From Planctomycetota bacterium (GTDB taxonomy: Bacteria > Planctomycetota > Phycisphaerae > WQYP01): a stretch of 64,000 nucleotides of DNA. The stretch lies in the NCBI GenBank assembly GCA_021805985.1, contig JAJZDN010000011.1, forward strand, positions 19,151 through 83,150, in the 5' to 3' direction. The notes beneath the pieces are model-generated. The model saw nothing but the letters and a program-made list of their open reading frames with translations, did no database searches and had not been told where the DNA came from. Below, piece by piece: positions 21,483 to 31,496 of the stretch; positions within the stretch are counted from its first letter, which is position 1, and every line of letters starts with the position of its first letter. The position numbers were made by a program, and so were the translations under genes.

Positions 21483-23330
21483 TTATTCATGTCCAGTAGA
21501 TCGCACGTGTTCCGGTGCCGTTTGCAAGGTTGCACACTTGGTGCCGCTAAAGATTGCCGCAATTTCTTCAAGGGTTTTGTTCTTTGTTTCCGGCAACAGG
21601 AACGTGGCGGTCAGGAAATAGATCACCGTACAGCCTGCAAAAATAAAGAATACCGTAGCGTAGCCATATTTGCCCACAGTTGGGAGAAATACTGCCGCGA
21701 TGATGGTCGAAACGCTCTGATTTATTAGCAGTGCTATGCTCATTCCAGACGATCGAATCCGCGTGGGCATCAATTCCGATAACGCCAGCCATACACAAAC
21801 TCCAGGCCCGGCGGCGTAGAAGGCGATGAACATCAGCAATGTAAAGGCCGTTAAGTCGCCCATAAATTCGCTGGGAACCGCCGTGATCCAGGCGTGGTCA
21901 ATTTTCAATGGCGCTTTGCGCGCTGCCGCCAGGTTGGCCAATGGATTGGAGAAAAAAGCGATGACCCCATTAGCCGGGATACTTGTGGATCGGGCAATAT
22001 GAATGGGTTTAGCACCGGAACTGTCAGATCGCACGGCGTTGGTGGCACTATTAAAATCTCCGTAGGAGTAGATAACAGTCAGCGTGACCGGATGCGCCAA
22101 GCTCGCGCGGCCAACGGCGTTTGTCCCATGAAGCAACTTCTCAGCCATCGCGGAATTAAAGGAAAGCGTTAAGCTCTGGTGCGGCGTTATCATCGCAGTT
22201 AAGGCGCTTGCGCAATCGCGGCGGTGGCTCTGTGCGTGTTGAAACAGCAGCGCCGTGCAGACCAGCGATACAATGATTCCCGCACTGCCGATGGAAAGCA
22301 GTTTCTTGCGGCCAATACGGTCCACCAGTAAAACACCGACAACCGTCATAAGGAAATTCAGGGTGGTAAAAATCAGATAACCCCAATGGGCCTGCACATC
22401 CGATAGACCTGCCTGAATAAGAATGGTCGCGTTGTAGGCGATGATGGAGTTTATGCCGGTCGCCTGATTGCAGGCCAGAATGACGCATGCCAGAATAAAT
22501 GGCAGCACATAGCGGCGGTGCAAAAGAGAGTCGCGCCTGGTGGGGGCGCTCGGCGCGGCCTGCCTACTTTCGCCTTGGGCCACGGACTGCATTTCCGCCA
22601 ATTCAATGCCCGCCTGATCCGGATGACGTGATTTCAGCAACGCCCCACGGGCGGCAGCATGATGACCCTTCTTAAACAGCCAGCGTGGAGACTCAGCCAA
22701 AAAAAAGCTGCCGACAACAAACAGTACGCCCGGCAGCAACGTCGTCCAAAAAATACTCCGCCACGCCATATCCTTGAACGCAAATAATTCCGCCGGGTTA
22801 TGCAGTTTGGCAACCTCCGCAACACGTATTGAGAAATACATGGCGATCGCCGCGGAAGTGGCGATTCCCAGCGTTAAGAGCCATTGGAAAATGGCCGTGC
22901 CCCGGCCACGGCTCTCCGGCGTGAGGCACTCCGCCAGGTAAAGCGGCACCACCACGCCGATAAAGCCAGCGCTGATTCCCTGCAAAAGCCGGCCCAGCAG
23001 CAGGGGGGCATATCCATGAGATAAGGCTATCATCGGGATGCTTGCCACGAACAGCAGACCGCTGATAATCATCAGTGGCTTGCGGCCCAGCGTGTCCGCC
23101 AGCAGGCCTGCAAAGAGTGTCGCAATAACGCTGCCCAGCAGAACGGCCGCGACGACAATGGATATTTGCCCCGCATTCAGGCCCGATGTCGCTTCCAGAT
23201 ACGGCAACGCCCCGGCAATAATGCCGACATCCACACCATAAAGCAATCCCCCAAGACCGGCCACGAGCAACAACATAAGGTTGTAACGGTGCACGGTAGC
23301 CGAGCTGTTCTGAATTGGAGGTGTGTCCAT
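21483..23330 (-). CDS. MFS sugar porter
   Basis: GGLLYGVD, ADTLGRK, GRLLQG, PLYLAE, ESPRWL, NQATGINSIIAY, VDRIGRK, SELMPTRIRS, PETKNKTLEEI. Start moved to MDTPP (23330). Confidence 0.93.
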   Translation of the reverse strand: MDTPPIQNSSATVHRYNLMLLLVAGLGGLLYGVDVGIIAGALPYLEATSGLNAGQISIVVAAVLLGSVIATLFAGLLADTLGRKPLMIISGLLFVASIPMIALSHGYAPLLLGRLLQGISAGFIGVVVPLYLAECLTPESRGRGTAIFQWLLTLGIATSAAIAMYFSIRVAEVAKLHNPAELFAFKDMAWRSIFWTTLLPGVLFVVGSFFLAESPRWLFKKGHHAAARGALLKSRHPDQAGIELAEMQSVAQGESRQAAPSAPTRRDSLLHRRYVLPFILACVILACNQATGINSIIAYNATILIQAGLSDVQAHWGYLIFTTLNFLMTVVGVLLVDRIGRKKLLSIGSAGIIVSLVCTALLFQHAQSHRRDCASALTAMITPHQSLTLSFNSAMAEKLLHGTNAVGRASLAHPVTLTVIYSYGDFNSATNAVRSDSSGAKPIHIARSTSIPANGVIAFFSNPLANLAAARKAPLKIDHAWITAVPSEFMGDLTAFTLLMFIAFYAAGPGVCVWLALSELMPTRIRSSGMSIALLINQSVSTIIAAVFLPTVGKYGYATVFFIFAGCTVIYFLTATFLLPETKNKTLEEIAAIFSGTKCATLQTAPEHVRSTGHE

Positions 23331-23494
23331 CGCTTTATTCCTGTCGGGCACCATACTGCCATGGAGATGCGTGATACACAAATGTCACGCCGCCAAGGTT
23401 CAATTATCGGCCTTACGCATGCGCGTGCCCATTCCGGCGGCCAGAATAACGGCTTTTCTCGCCGGATGCACAGAACGATCCGAACTGGAATGCA

Positions 23495-25489
23495 TCATTG
23501 GCGCGCCGAACTCCATTTCACAAATCCTTCAATGGCTTCATATTCCGCCAGGCCCAGACGGTTGAAAATATCGGCGGTTCCGCGGTTCCGATCCTCGGCA
23601 CGCTGCCAGAATTCTCTTTGATCGGTTCCCGGAAACATGGCCCGGTCCTTTTGACTTTGATGTTTGAAAATTGCTTCACGTTTGCGTGCCAGTTCACCAG
23701 GGCTAAGAGGAATCGCCATGTCAATCGATTCCGGTTCCCACTCCTGCCATGCGCCGCGATAAAGCCACACTTCAGGCGGCGTCTTGCCCGAATCTCTGTT
23801 AAATATCTCAATTGCCTGCACCAGTGCCTCAAGGCACATGCGGTGCGTACCGTGCGGATCAGATAAATCGCCGGCCGCGTAAACCTGGTGCGGCTGCAAT
23901 TTCTGGAGTAACTCCAGGATGATCTGTACATCCGCCTGACTGATCGGGTCCTTGCGGATCAGACCGGTTTCATAAAATGGCAAATCCAGAAAATGGACCT
24001 GCTGGGGAGGTATGCCGCAGGCTCGGGCACCCGCGCGCGCTTCGCATCGCCGAATCAAGGTTTTAATGGTGCGTAACGGTGGCGAATCGGAATCACCGGC
24101 CTTTTTGCCGATCACCAATTCCTCCAATTGCCGTTCCATGCGTTCCGCGGATACCGCGTCCAAACCAAATCCGCGGTTGAACTCCCGGACAAAGTCCGCG
24201 TAACGCAAAGCGTCCGCGTCAAATACCGCAATATTTCCGCTGGTCTGGTAGGCGATATGCACATCATGTCCCTGATCCACCATGCGGATAATCGTGCCCC
24301 CCATGCTGATGACATCATCATCGGGATGCGGGCTGAAAACCAGAATTTTCTTGGGAAATACGGCATCACCGGGACGACGGATATCGCCGGGACGCAGCAA
24401 GGATTCTGGTTTGCCGGCGGGCCACCCCGTGATTTTGCCCACTAGATCGCGAAACACCTTCAGATTTATTTCATACGCCGGACCTTGACCGGCTAACAAA
24501 TCCTGCAGGCCGTGCTCTCCAAAATCCTCATCCGTCAATTTCAGGATCGCTTTATTGACCTTCCGGGCCAGCCAGATAACGGCCCGTTTTGTCATTTCTT
24601 CATTCCACTGAATCGGCTCGGATAGCCACGGTGATTTCACCCGCGTTAATTCCGCTGCCGCCGCGAAATCAAGCACGCATTGAATCTGTGGATGTTGTTG
24701 CAAATAGCTGGCGGGAATATTAGCAGTAATCGGCCCTTCAACCGCCTGCGCCACCGTGGCGGATTTATTTTCCCCAAAGGCCATGAGGATAATACGCCGT
24801 GATTCCATGATCGTACCGACGCCCATGGTAATGGCCCGGCGCGGCACGAAGTGTTCACCATAAAAATCACTGGCTGCATCCAGCCTTGTCACACGATCCA
24901 ACGCGATCAGGCGCGTTCGGCTATCTGCCGGAGATCCCGGTTCATTGAACCCGATGTGTCCGGTTCTTCCAATGCCCAGCAGTTGCAGATCCAAGCCGCC
25001 GGCCTCGCGAATTTGAGCTTCATAAGATTGGCAGTAAGCGGCCAATCCTTCCGGGGGCAATTGGCCGTCCGGAATATGCACATTTTCTGGCCGAATATCA
25101 ATATGGGAAAATAAGTTCTCCCACATAAAGCGATGGTAACTCTGGTGGGCTTCGCGCGCGAGGGGGTAATATTCATCCAGATTAAATGTTACAACATCCT
25201 GAAAGCTCAGGGATTCCATCTGATGAAGTCGCACCAGTTCCCGGTAAACGCCCAATGGTGTGGAACCGGTGGCCAAGCCCAGCACACACTTTTGACGCGT
25301 CGTCGAACGCGATCTTATTAACCGGGCTATTTCATGGGCCACTACAAGGCTGGCATCTTCAGCGTGTTGAAATTCTGTCACCGCTAATCGCTCGTTGCCC
25401 CGCAATTGCGTGGAAAGGCTCAAAGCCCCGGATCTTATATGCTTGGCCACCGGAGCGGCGGGCGTAGAAGACCAGTGTGAACGTGTCAT
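23495..25489 (-). CDS. nagB: Glucosamine-6-phosphate deaminase, long form with C-terminal PIG-L/deacetylase-like domain
   Basis: VLGLATGSTP, TFNLDEYYP, LLGIGRTGHIGFNEPGS, AITMGVGTI. C-terminal FSPHPDDD and DLSDPHGTH. Confidence 0.94.
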   Translation of the reverse strand: MTRSHWSSTPAAPVAKHIRSGALSLSTQLRGNERLAVTEFQHAEDASLVVAHEIARLIRSRSTTRQKCVLGLATGSTPLGVYRELVRLHQMESLSFQDVVTFNLDEYYPLAREAHQSYHRFMWENLFSHIDIRPENVHIPDGQLPPEGLAAYCQSYEAQIREAGGLDLQLLGIGRTGHIGFNEPGSPADSRTRLIALDRVTRLDAASDFYGEHFVPRRAITMGVGTIMESRRIILMAFGENKSATVAQAVEGPITANIPASYLQQHPQIQCVLDFAAAAELTRVKSPWLSEPIQWNEEMTKRAVIWLARKVNKAILKLTDEDFGEHGLQDLLAGQGPAYEINLKVFRDLVGKITGWPAGKPESLLRPGDIRRPGDAVFPKKILVFSPHPDDDVISMGGTIIRMVDQGHDVHIAYQTSGNIAVFDADALRYADFVREFNRGFGLDAVSAERMERQLEELVIGKKAGDSDSPPLRTIKTLIRRCEARAGARACGIPPQQVHFLDLPFYETGLIRKDPISQADVQIILELLQKLQPHQVYAAGDLSDPHGTHRMCLEALVQAIEIFNRDSGKTPPEVWLYRGAWQEWEPESIDMAIPLSPGELARKREAIFKHQSQKDRAMFPGTDQREFWQRAEDRNRGTADIFNRLGLAEYEAIEGFVKWSSARQ

Positions 25490-25656
25490 GAAATCATACC
25501 TCTACTTATATTGTCCTTGACCCATTCGGGTTTTGAGGCAGCCTGCAGGGCTTGCAACTGCCGTGATCGTTGGTTTTTGCAGCCTCATCCATAATCACTA
25601 TACCTAACCGCGGCGTAAATAACGTCAGCACATAAGCCCACAAACAATTATATAAT

Positions 25657-25683
25657 ACTTTTTATCACAAATAATATAAAAGT
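25657..25683. promoter_or_regulatory. Candidate ROK-family operator
   Basis: ACTTTT-N15-AAAAGT in an AT-rich patch between divergent nagB and the ROK gene. Adjacent to the palindrome ATTATATAAT (25647-25656), which gives TATAAT on both strands. Confidence 0.45.
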
Positions 25684-25752
25684 CAAGCATCCGCCGGAGA
25701 TAATCCCTATAAGACGCTGGACATTGCGCCCCGTGGCATGTAGAACCTTGGC

Positions 25753-26892
25753 ATGATAATTGATGCTTCACAACGGGCCATCCTGCGAGCGCTTTGGTTT
25801 AATGGGCAGTTAAGCCGATCAGAACTGCATGATTTAACCGGTATGACGCCCAATGCGGTGGGCAATGAAATTTCCCAGCTACAGCGTCTCGGCCTGGTTA
25901 AGGAACTCGAGCCAAAACCCTCTACGGGCGGCCGTCCGCAAATTCCCTTGATACTGGACCCCTCTTCGCGGCGTATTCTCGGAATATCCATTGAGCCGGG
26001 CCAGGTTGAAATTGCCGAACTCGGACTCAACGGTGAATTAACCCTGGCTCCGATTTCCAAAGCCGTCCAACAGGAGAGTCGATTGTTGCCCGCGGCCACA
26101 CGACTTGCCAAGGCTTATTGCGCGCGTCGGACCTTCATGGCCGCTGCCTCCATCACCGGTTTAATTGATCACGCCACCGGCAGCATTCTTTTAAGCTCAT
26201 CGGCACCACACCAGAGCCACCTCAACACGTCCGTGCTGCTGAAAGGCCTTGATGATGTACCGCTGATCATCGCAAATGATTTACACGCTGCCGCCGGGCG
26301 CTGGGCGGTTACACACCGTTCGCAGATACAGCAGGACACACTGCTGATCGCATTTGATGACGGACGCATGGGGGCGGTCATGGTCATCAACGGGCGGCCC
26401 AACCATGGCTGCATTATGGGTGCCAATGAACTGGGACACACCCGCTTTCCCGTCAATACGCCGTTGTGTTTTTGCGGCCAGACCGGCTGTATGGAAAGAA
26501 TATTCAGCAGTGCTTTTCTTGGCCCGGCGATCACTTCCGCAGAATTTTCCAGGCGCGTTGAGACCGCCGATGTGCACGATAATAAGTTTACGGAAATGTT
26601 GAATCTGCTGGTCATGGCGTTTTCCAACACCGTAAATTTTGTCCGCCCCTCCCGCTTGGTTCTGGCCAGCCGGTTCATGGCGGGCGAAGCCTTTGCGGAC
26701 CGCCTGACGGGCGGAATCCGCGCTGCCTTGCTTCCACATTTTTCCGAACGTGTCACTATTGATGCCTGGAATATAAAGGTTTCCGGCTCCGCCGAATCTG
26801 CCGCATGGTTTGGATTAGCAACTCTACTTTTTGATTCATGGGAAGCTTATTCGCCGCCCTCGGCAACCGCCCAGCAAACGCCTGTCACTTAG
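25753..26892 (+). CDS. ROK family transcriptional regulator (NagC/XylR-like)
   Basis: N-terminal HTH (LSRSELHDLTGMTPNAV), STGGRP, ANDLHAAA, ANELGH, CFCGQTGCME. Confidence 0.9.
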   Translation: MIIDASQRAILRALWFNGQLSRSELHDLTGMTPNAVGNEISQLQRLGLVKELEPKPSTGGRPQIPLILDPSSRRILGISIEPGQVEIAELGLNGELTLAPISKAVQQESRLLPAATRLAKAYCARRTFMAAASITGLIDHATGSILLSSSAPHQSHLNTSVLLKGLDDVPLIIANDLHAAAGRWAVTHRSQIQQDTLLIAFDDGRMGAVMVINGRPNHGCIMGANELGHTRFPVNTPLCFCGQTGCMERIFSSAFLGPAITSAEFSRRVETADVHDNKFTEMLNLLVMAFSNTVNFVRPSRLVLASRFMAGEAFADRLTGGIRAALLPHFSERVTIDAWNIKVSGSAESAAWFGLATLLFDSWEAYSPPSATAQQTPVT

Positions 26893-26943
26893 GAACGGGT
26901 CCGAAACAACTTCCCCAAAACCCGGCGCGTGGTCTCTCACAAA

Positions 26944-26964
26944 GCCGCCGGCTCCGCCGGCGGT
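26944..26964. repeat. REP-like palindrome, copy 2
   Basis: GCCGCCGGC-TCC-GCCGGCGGT between convergent ROK and fumC genes. Confidence 0.75.
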
Positions 26965-27055
26965 GCCGCTTGAGAGTGCAGCGCAAATCGGGAAATTATT
27001 TTGGTGTTGTTCCTTAATTGCTACGGATCTGCCCCAAAGGATGGCCCCTGATGCC

Positions 27056-28489
27056 TTATCCCGACACCGGCAGGATGCGGTCTGACGGGTCTACCATGGT
27101 CGCTGGATCCAGCAATTCAGAAAGTTCTGCCGCGGAGAGCTTGGTTTTTTCCAACGCTACTTCTCGAATGGTTTTGTTGCGGGCGGCTGCTTCCTTGGCC
27201 AGCGAGGCCGCCGCCTCATAACCGATTGTCGGTGCCAAGGCTGTCGCCAGCATGAGTCCTGCTTCCACCAATTCCGGGCCGCGCAATGTGGGCTTAATGC
27301 CCGCAACGCATTGAACAGCCAGATTGGAACTGGCATTTCCCAGCAAGCGGATGGATTCCAGCAGGGCGGCACCTGCCACCGGCATGGCGACAATTAATTC
27401 AAAATTTCCGCTCGTCGCCGACGCCGTGACCGTGGTGTCATTGCCGATCACCCGTTGGCATACCATTAATACACTTTCGGCAATAACCGGATTCACCTTG
27501 CCCGGCATAATTGAACTGCCCGGCTGCACCGCCGGAATTTCTATTTCACCCAATCCGGCACGCGGGCCGCAACTCATCCAACGGATATCGTTGGCAATTT
27601 TGGTCAAACTGATGGCGATATTTTTCATCACACCGGATGCGAACGCCACACTATCCAGCGTGGACTGCGCCTGAAAATGATTGGTGGTTTCCTGTACATG
27701 AATGCCCAGCCATTCGGATAAATACCGGCACACTTCTCCCGCGAACTTCGGATGAGCGTTAATGCCCGTTCCCACTGCTGTTCCGCCCAGGGCCACTTCC
27801 GACAATTCATTTTCCGCGGCTTGCAGGCGTCGCCCGGCGCGTTGAATTTGTCCGGCAAATCCCAGAAATTCCTGTCCCATGCGAATGGGAGTCGCATCCT
27901 GCAAATGCGTGCGACCCGTTTTAATAATCCCCCATGTCGCTTCTTTCTGCTGCAACAATGCGTTTTCCAACTCCACCAGCCCGGGCCGCAGAACCCGTTT
28001 GATCTCAACCAGTGCCGCCACATGCAGCGTGGTGGGAATGGTATCATTGCTGGATTGCCCCATATTGACATGATCATTGGGATGGACTGGTGCTTTATCT
28101 CCCCGCTTGCCGCCCAGCAATTCATTGGCCCGGCTGGCGATGACTTCATTAACATTCATGTTCGTGCTGGTGCCCGAACCCGTCTGGTAGATATCAACCG
28201 GAAATTGATCTGCCAATTTTCCCGATGCGATCTCATCAGCCGCAGCCGCTATAGTCTGGGCAATTTTGGCATCCAGCAATCCCAGTTGCTCATTGGTCAG
28301 TGCTGCAGCTTTCTTTAATAGCGCATGAGCGCGAATAAACGTTTCCGGCATGGGACAACCGGAAATTGGAAAATTATGCATCGCCCGTAGCGTCTGCACG
28401 CCATAATACGCATCCGCAGGAACCTCCAGTGGCCCCATGGAATCTTTTTCAATGCGCATCTTTTTGCTGGGGACTTCCTGTGACATCAT
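27056..28489 (-). CDS. fumC: Class II fumarate hydratase
   Basis: YYGVQT, QTGSGTSTNMNVNEV, HPNDHVNMGQSSND, GRTHLQDATP, GSSIMPGKVNP. Aspartase is the less likely alternative. Confidence 0.88.
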   Translation of the reverse strand: MMSQEVPSKKMRIEKDSMGPLEVPADAYYGVQTLRAMHNFPISGCPMPETFIRAHALLKKAAALTNEQLGLLDAKIAQTIAAAADEIASGKLADQFPVDIYQTGSGTSTNMNVNEVIASRANELLGGKRGDKAPVHPNDHVNMGQSSNDTIPTTLHVAALVEIKRVLRPGLVELENALLQQKEATWGIIKTGRTHLQDATPIRMGQEFLGFAGQIQRAGRRLQAAENELSEVALGGTAVGTGINAHPKFAGEVCRYLSEWLGIHVQETTNHFQAQSTLDSVAFASGVMKNIAISLTKIANDIRWMSCGPRAGLGEIEIPAVQPGSSIMPGKVNPVIAESVLMVCQRVIGNDTTVTASATSGNFELIVAMPVAGAALLESIRLLGNASSNLAVQCVAGIKPTLRGPELVEAGLMLATALAPTIGYEAAASLAKEAAARNKTIREVALEKTKLSAAELSELLDPATMVDPSDRILPVSG

Positions 28490-28529
28490 TTACAAACTCC
28501 TTGTTCCAACAGCAATGTTTGCCGAGGTC

Positions 28530-29546
28530 TTAAAATTCAATAACGGCTTTGATAACGCCAGTTTCCGGTAAAGTAAAGCTGGTAAACTGCTCCAACACCT
28601 GACCCGCACTGCAACGATGCGTAATCCACGGTTTGGTGTTAATTTGCCCTGATTCAATCATGTTAATGATTTTGGGAAAGTCATCGGGCAACGCGTTGCG
28701 GCTGGAAAGCAGTGTCGTTTCATGCCGATGAAAGTCCGGATCATTAAGTGAAAAATCGCCCACAAACAGTCCCACATAAACCAGCTTTCCGCCGTGCGCC
28801 ATGAAGGATAATCCACCACCCATTGATTTCGGATTGCCGGTGGCGTCTATCACTACGGTGGCCATATCGCCATCGGTAAGTTTTGCAAGGCTCCTGGCCG
28901 GCTCATGCCCGGCATGCAGGCAATCTTCTACGCCCAGTTGCGCACGGCAAAAATCCAGGCGCTGTTCACTTAAGTCCATGACCATCACGTGGCTTCCCGC
29001 AGCCTGCGCAAACTGAATCACCGACAACCCAATCGGGCCGGCTCCGATAACCAGCACCGTATCGGTTTTGCCAACTTGCGCCCGCTCAACGGCATGACAG
29101 CCAATGGCTAGCGTTTCCACCAGCGCAATGTCGTCATAAGATAGTGCGGCAGCTTTGTGCAACTTGCGAATCGGCACATGGATCAGCTCGCTCATCCCGC
29201 CGTCAATATGCACCCCCATGACCTTCAGATTCACACAGCAATTAGGTTTGTTACGCCGACACGCAATACATGTGCCGCAATTAAGGTAAGGTTCCACTGA
29301 ACATCTGTCGCCAACTTTTAAGGCTTTGTCATTGGGACCTACGGCAACAATTTCCACGCCCAATTCATGGCCCAGAATTCTCGGATAGGTAAAAAACGGT
29401 TGCTTTCCCCGGAACGCATGTAAATCCGTTCCACACACCCCCACGCGATGCACACGCACCAAGGCATCGTCAGGTCCTGGTGTCCCGGGTTCATCAATGG
29501 TTGTCCATTCAAATTTTCCGGGTTCACGAAGTAACAGAGTTTGCAT
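28530..29546 (-). CDS. Zn-dependent medium-chain dehydrogenase (L-galactonate dehydrogenase-like)
   Basis: GVCGTD, ILGHE, CxxCxxC...C structural Zn site, GAGPIG. Confidence 0.85.
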   Translation of the reverse strand: MQTLLLREPGKFEWTTIDEPGTPGPDDALVRVHRVGVCGTDLHAFRGKQPFFTYPRILGHELGVEIVAVGPNDKALKVGDRCSVEPYLNCGTCIACRRNKPNCCVNLKVMGVHIDGGMSELIHVPIRKLHKAAALSYDDIALVETLAIGCHAVERAQVGKTDTVLVIGAGPIGLSVIQFAQAAGSHVMVMDLSEQRLDFCRAQLGVEDCLHAGHEPARSLAKLTDGDMATVVIDATGNPKSMGGGLSFMAHGGKLVYVGLFVGDFSLNDPDFHRHETTLLSSRNALPDDFPKIINMIESGQINTKPWITHRCSAGQVLEQFTSFTLPETGVIKAVIEF

Positions 29547-29621
29547 GGTTTTATCCTTCTTTGGCCGTGGGGTCTGGCATGGGGATCAGCGGCAGCCTGA
29601 ATATATCCTTGCCTATCGCGG

Positions 29622-30557
29622 TTAATTATTTTCTTTTCGGCCGCTGGGCCAGGACTTTCCTTGAATCGGCTTAAGAATTTCCAGAACTTCCGCTAGAAGT
29701 TGATGGTCCATCGGTTCATCCGCCCACTGAGCGTTCAACCGGATATTTTGTTCCTTCGCGGTACCCACCAGCGTCGTGGCAATATCGGCATTGGCCAATG
29801 AATATTGCAACGCCAGTTTGGAAATATTGGCTCCACGACTCCGGCAATGTTCGACCGCCTTAGCGCAGGCCGCTTGAACGTCCGCCGGTGCCGGATGCCA
29901 CGTCGGCGGCCCCTGGTCACTAAGTAGTCCCATCGACAGCGGCGAAGCGCTGATAACCCCAACACCTTTCTGTTTCAGCAGAGGAATCAACTGGGACAGT
30001 GACGAATCGTTAAGCGAATACCGGCAATACGACAAGATCACATCCACGTGATTATGCGCCAGAACCTCCCTAAATATTTTTAAGGGCAGCCCGGTAATAC
30101 CTACATATCGGACCTTCCCGGTATCACGTAATTTCAACAGCGCGGGAATAGTTTCATGAATAACCTGCTCCAATGATCCAAACTCAATATCATGACATTG
30201 AATTAAATCAACATATTCCAGCCCCAGACGCCCGAGACTTTCATCCACGCTGGCAATGACCCGTTTCGCTGAAAAATCAAAATCCCCGGCATCGTTCCCG
30301 TACCGCCCAACTTTTGTGGATAGATAATAGCGGTCACGTTTTACGGTTTTCAGCGCCTTGCCCAAAAGGGTTTCCGCTTTTGTCAGGCCATAAAATGGAG
30401 AGACATCAATAAGGTTGATTCCGCAGTCCAGAGCAGCATGAACAGTAGAAATACCATCTTCTTCCCGAACCGGCCCAAACACCGATCCCAGCGGCGAGGC
30501 ACCGTAGCTAAGGCGGGAGACCCGTAAATCCGTATTACCCAATAAATTGTACTGCAT
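29622..30557 (-). CDS. Aldo/keto reductase (L-galactose/L-fucose dehydrogenase-like)
   Basis: GINLIDVSPFYG, YLSTKVGRY, DESLGRLG..VDLIQCHD, IGITG, ASPLSMGLL. GGAGG RBS 8 nt before ATG 30557. The longer track ORF merely reads through a MITE. Confidence 0.9.
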   Translation of the reverse strand: MQYNLLGNTDLRVSRLSYGASPLGSVFGPVREEDGISTVHAALDCGINLIDVSPFYGLTKAETLLGKALKTVKRDRYYLSTKVGRYGNDAGDFDFSAKRVIASVDESLGRLGLEYVDLIQCHDIEFGSLEQVIHETIPALLKLRDTGKVRYVGITGLPLKIFREVLAHNHVDVILSYCRYSLNDSSLSQLIPLLKQKGVGVISASPLSMGLLSDQGPPTWHPAPADVQAACAKAVEHCRSRGANISKLALQYSLANADIATTLVGTAKEQNIRLNAQWADEPMDHQLLAEVLEILKPIQGKSWPSGRKENN

Positions 30558-30587
30558 GGTCATATCCTCCTTGCGGCTGGTACCCTT

Positions 30588-30867
30588 AGGAGCCTGTCCG
30601 AGTAATCGCCGGGTTGCGACGGCGTGATTTTTGGCCACCATCAAGAAACGGCGACGATGGCGTACCTGACACGGATGGTACTCCGAGGAGCCGCGCCGCC
30701 GAGGGGGGCCAAAAAGCACACCGCCCCGCAGGGTGGGCCTGAAATGCCCCGCCTGCTTTGTTGTCGGATCTCGCAGACTCATTATTAAGAGTCGGCTCGA
30801 TCCTCCGTCGCGCATACGGGACATTTCAGACCCATCGCAATCCCGGCCATTACTCGGACAGGCTCCT
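30588..30867. mobile_element. MITE (non-autonomous IS derivative), copy 1, 280 bp
   Basis: Perfect 19-bp TIRs AGGAGCCTGTCCGAGTAAT / ATTACTCGGACAGGCTCCT. No transposase. Homologous inverted copy at 56608-56886. Confidence 0.9.
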
Positions 30868-30936
30868 GGCGGACGTTTCCGCCCAAACTTCGCAGTGTAC
30901 GGCTCCTGCAGTGATTCATCAACAATTAACGACGAT

Positions 30937-30966
30937 TTGCCACAATCAGGCGGTTGGGGCTATAAT
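30937..30966 (+). promoter_or_regulatory. sigma70-type promoter of tRNA-Met/rpmE
   Basis: TTGCCA-N18-TATAAT, 16 nt before the tRNA. Confidence 0.7.
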
Positions 30967-30982
30967 GCGGGGCTTGAAATCC

Positions 30983-31055
30983 GGCGGCGTAGCTCAGTTG
31001 GTAGAGCGCGGGATTCATAAGCCCAAGGTCTCCGGTTCGAATCCGGACGCCGCTA
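30983..31055 (+). tRNA. tRNA with CAT anticodon (elongator Met most likely; Ile2 not excluded)
   Basis: Cloverleaf: GGCGGCG/CGCCGCT acceptor, GCTC/GAGC D stem, TTCATAA loop, TCCGG-TTCGAAT-CCGGA T arm. CCA not encoded. Confidence 0.92.
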
Positions 31056-31146
31056 GTAACAGTGCCGCACGTGCGGAATGCGGCCAGACTGGCATTAATT
31101 TCGGCCCTATAATAGGGCCAGGTGAACAGATACGAAAGGATCCATC

Positions 31147-31377
31147 ATGAAAGAAAAAGTCCATCCCGATTACAATTTTGTCAAAGCCCATTGTGCTTGC
31201 GGCAATACCTTTGAAACCGGATCGGCATCCAAACGCATCGAAGTTGATATTTGCGGCGTTTGTCATCCGTTTTATACCGGTAAACAGAAATTTGTCGATA
31301 CGGCCGGACGCGTGGAACGCTTCCAGAAAAAGTATGCGAATTTTGATGTGAAAAAGGCCATGCAATCCACCAAGTAG
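31147..31377 (+). CDS. rpmE: 50S ribosomal protein L31 (Zn-binding type)
   Basis: [39 protein letters not shown]. Confidence 0.97.
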   Translation: MKEKVHPDYNFVKAHCACGNTFETGSASKRIEVDICGVCHPFYTGKQKFVDTAGRVERFQKKYANFDVKKAMQSTK

Positions 31378-31397
31378 CATGGGCTTGCTAAAAACTT

Positions 31398-31440
31398 AAA
31401 ACGTCGCGTCCGCCGTAAGGCTGGGCGCGACGTTTTTATT
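31398..31440 (+). terminator. Rho-independent terminator after rpmE
   Basis: AAAACGTCGCG...CGCGACGTTTT stem followed by a T-rich tract. Confidence 0.8.
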
Positions 31441-31496
31441 TATGCAGAATTAATCACTTTTGCCCCCCAGAGTTTTAAATTTCAGGATTTGGCGAT

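Noticed and set aside
29622-30824. 400-aa AKR with N-terminal extension, and ORFs at 56561-56937
   Set aside because: These frames run through the MITE. The real AKR start has an RBS at 30557.
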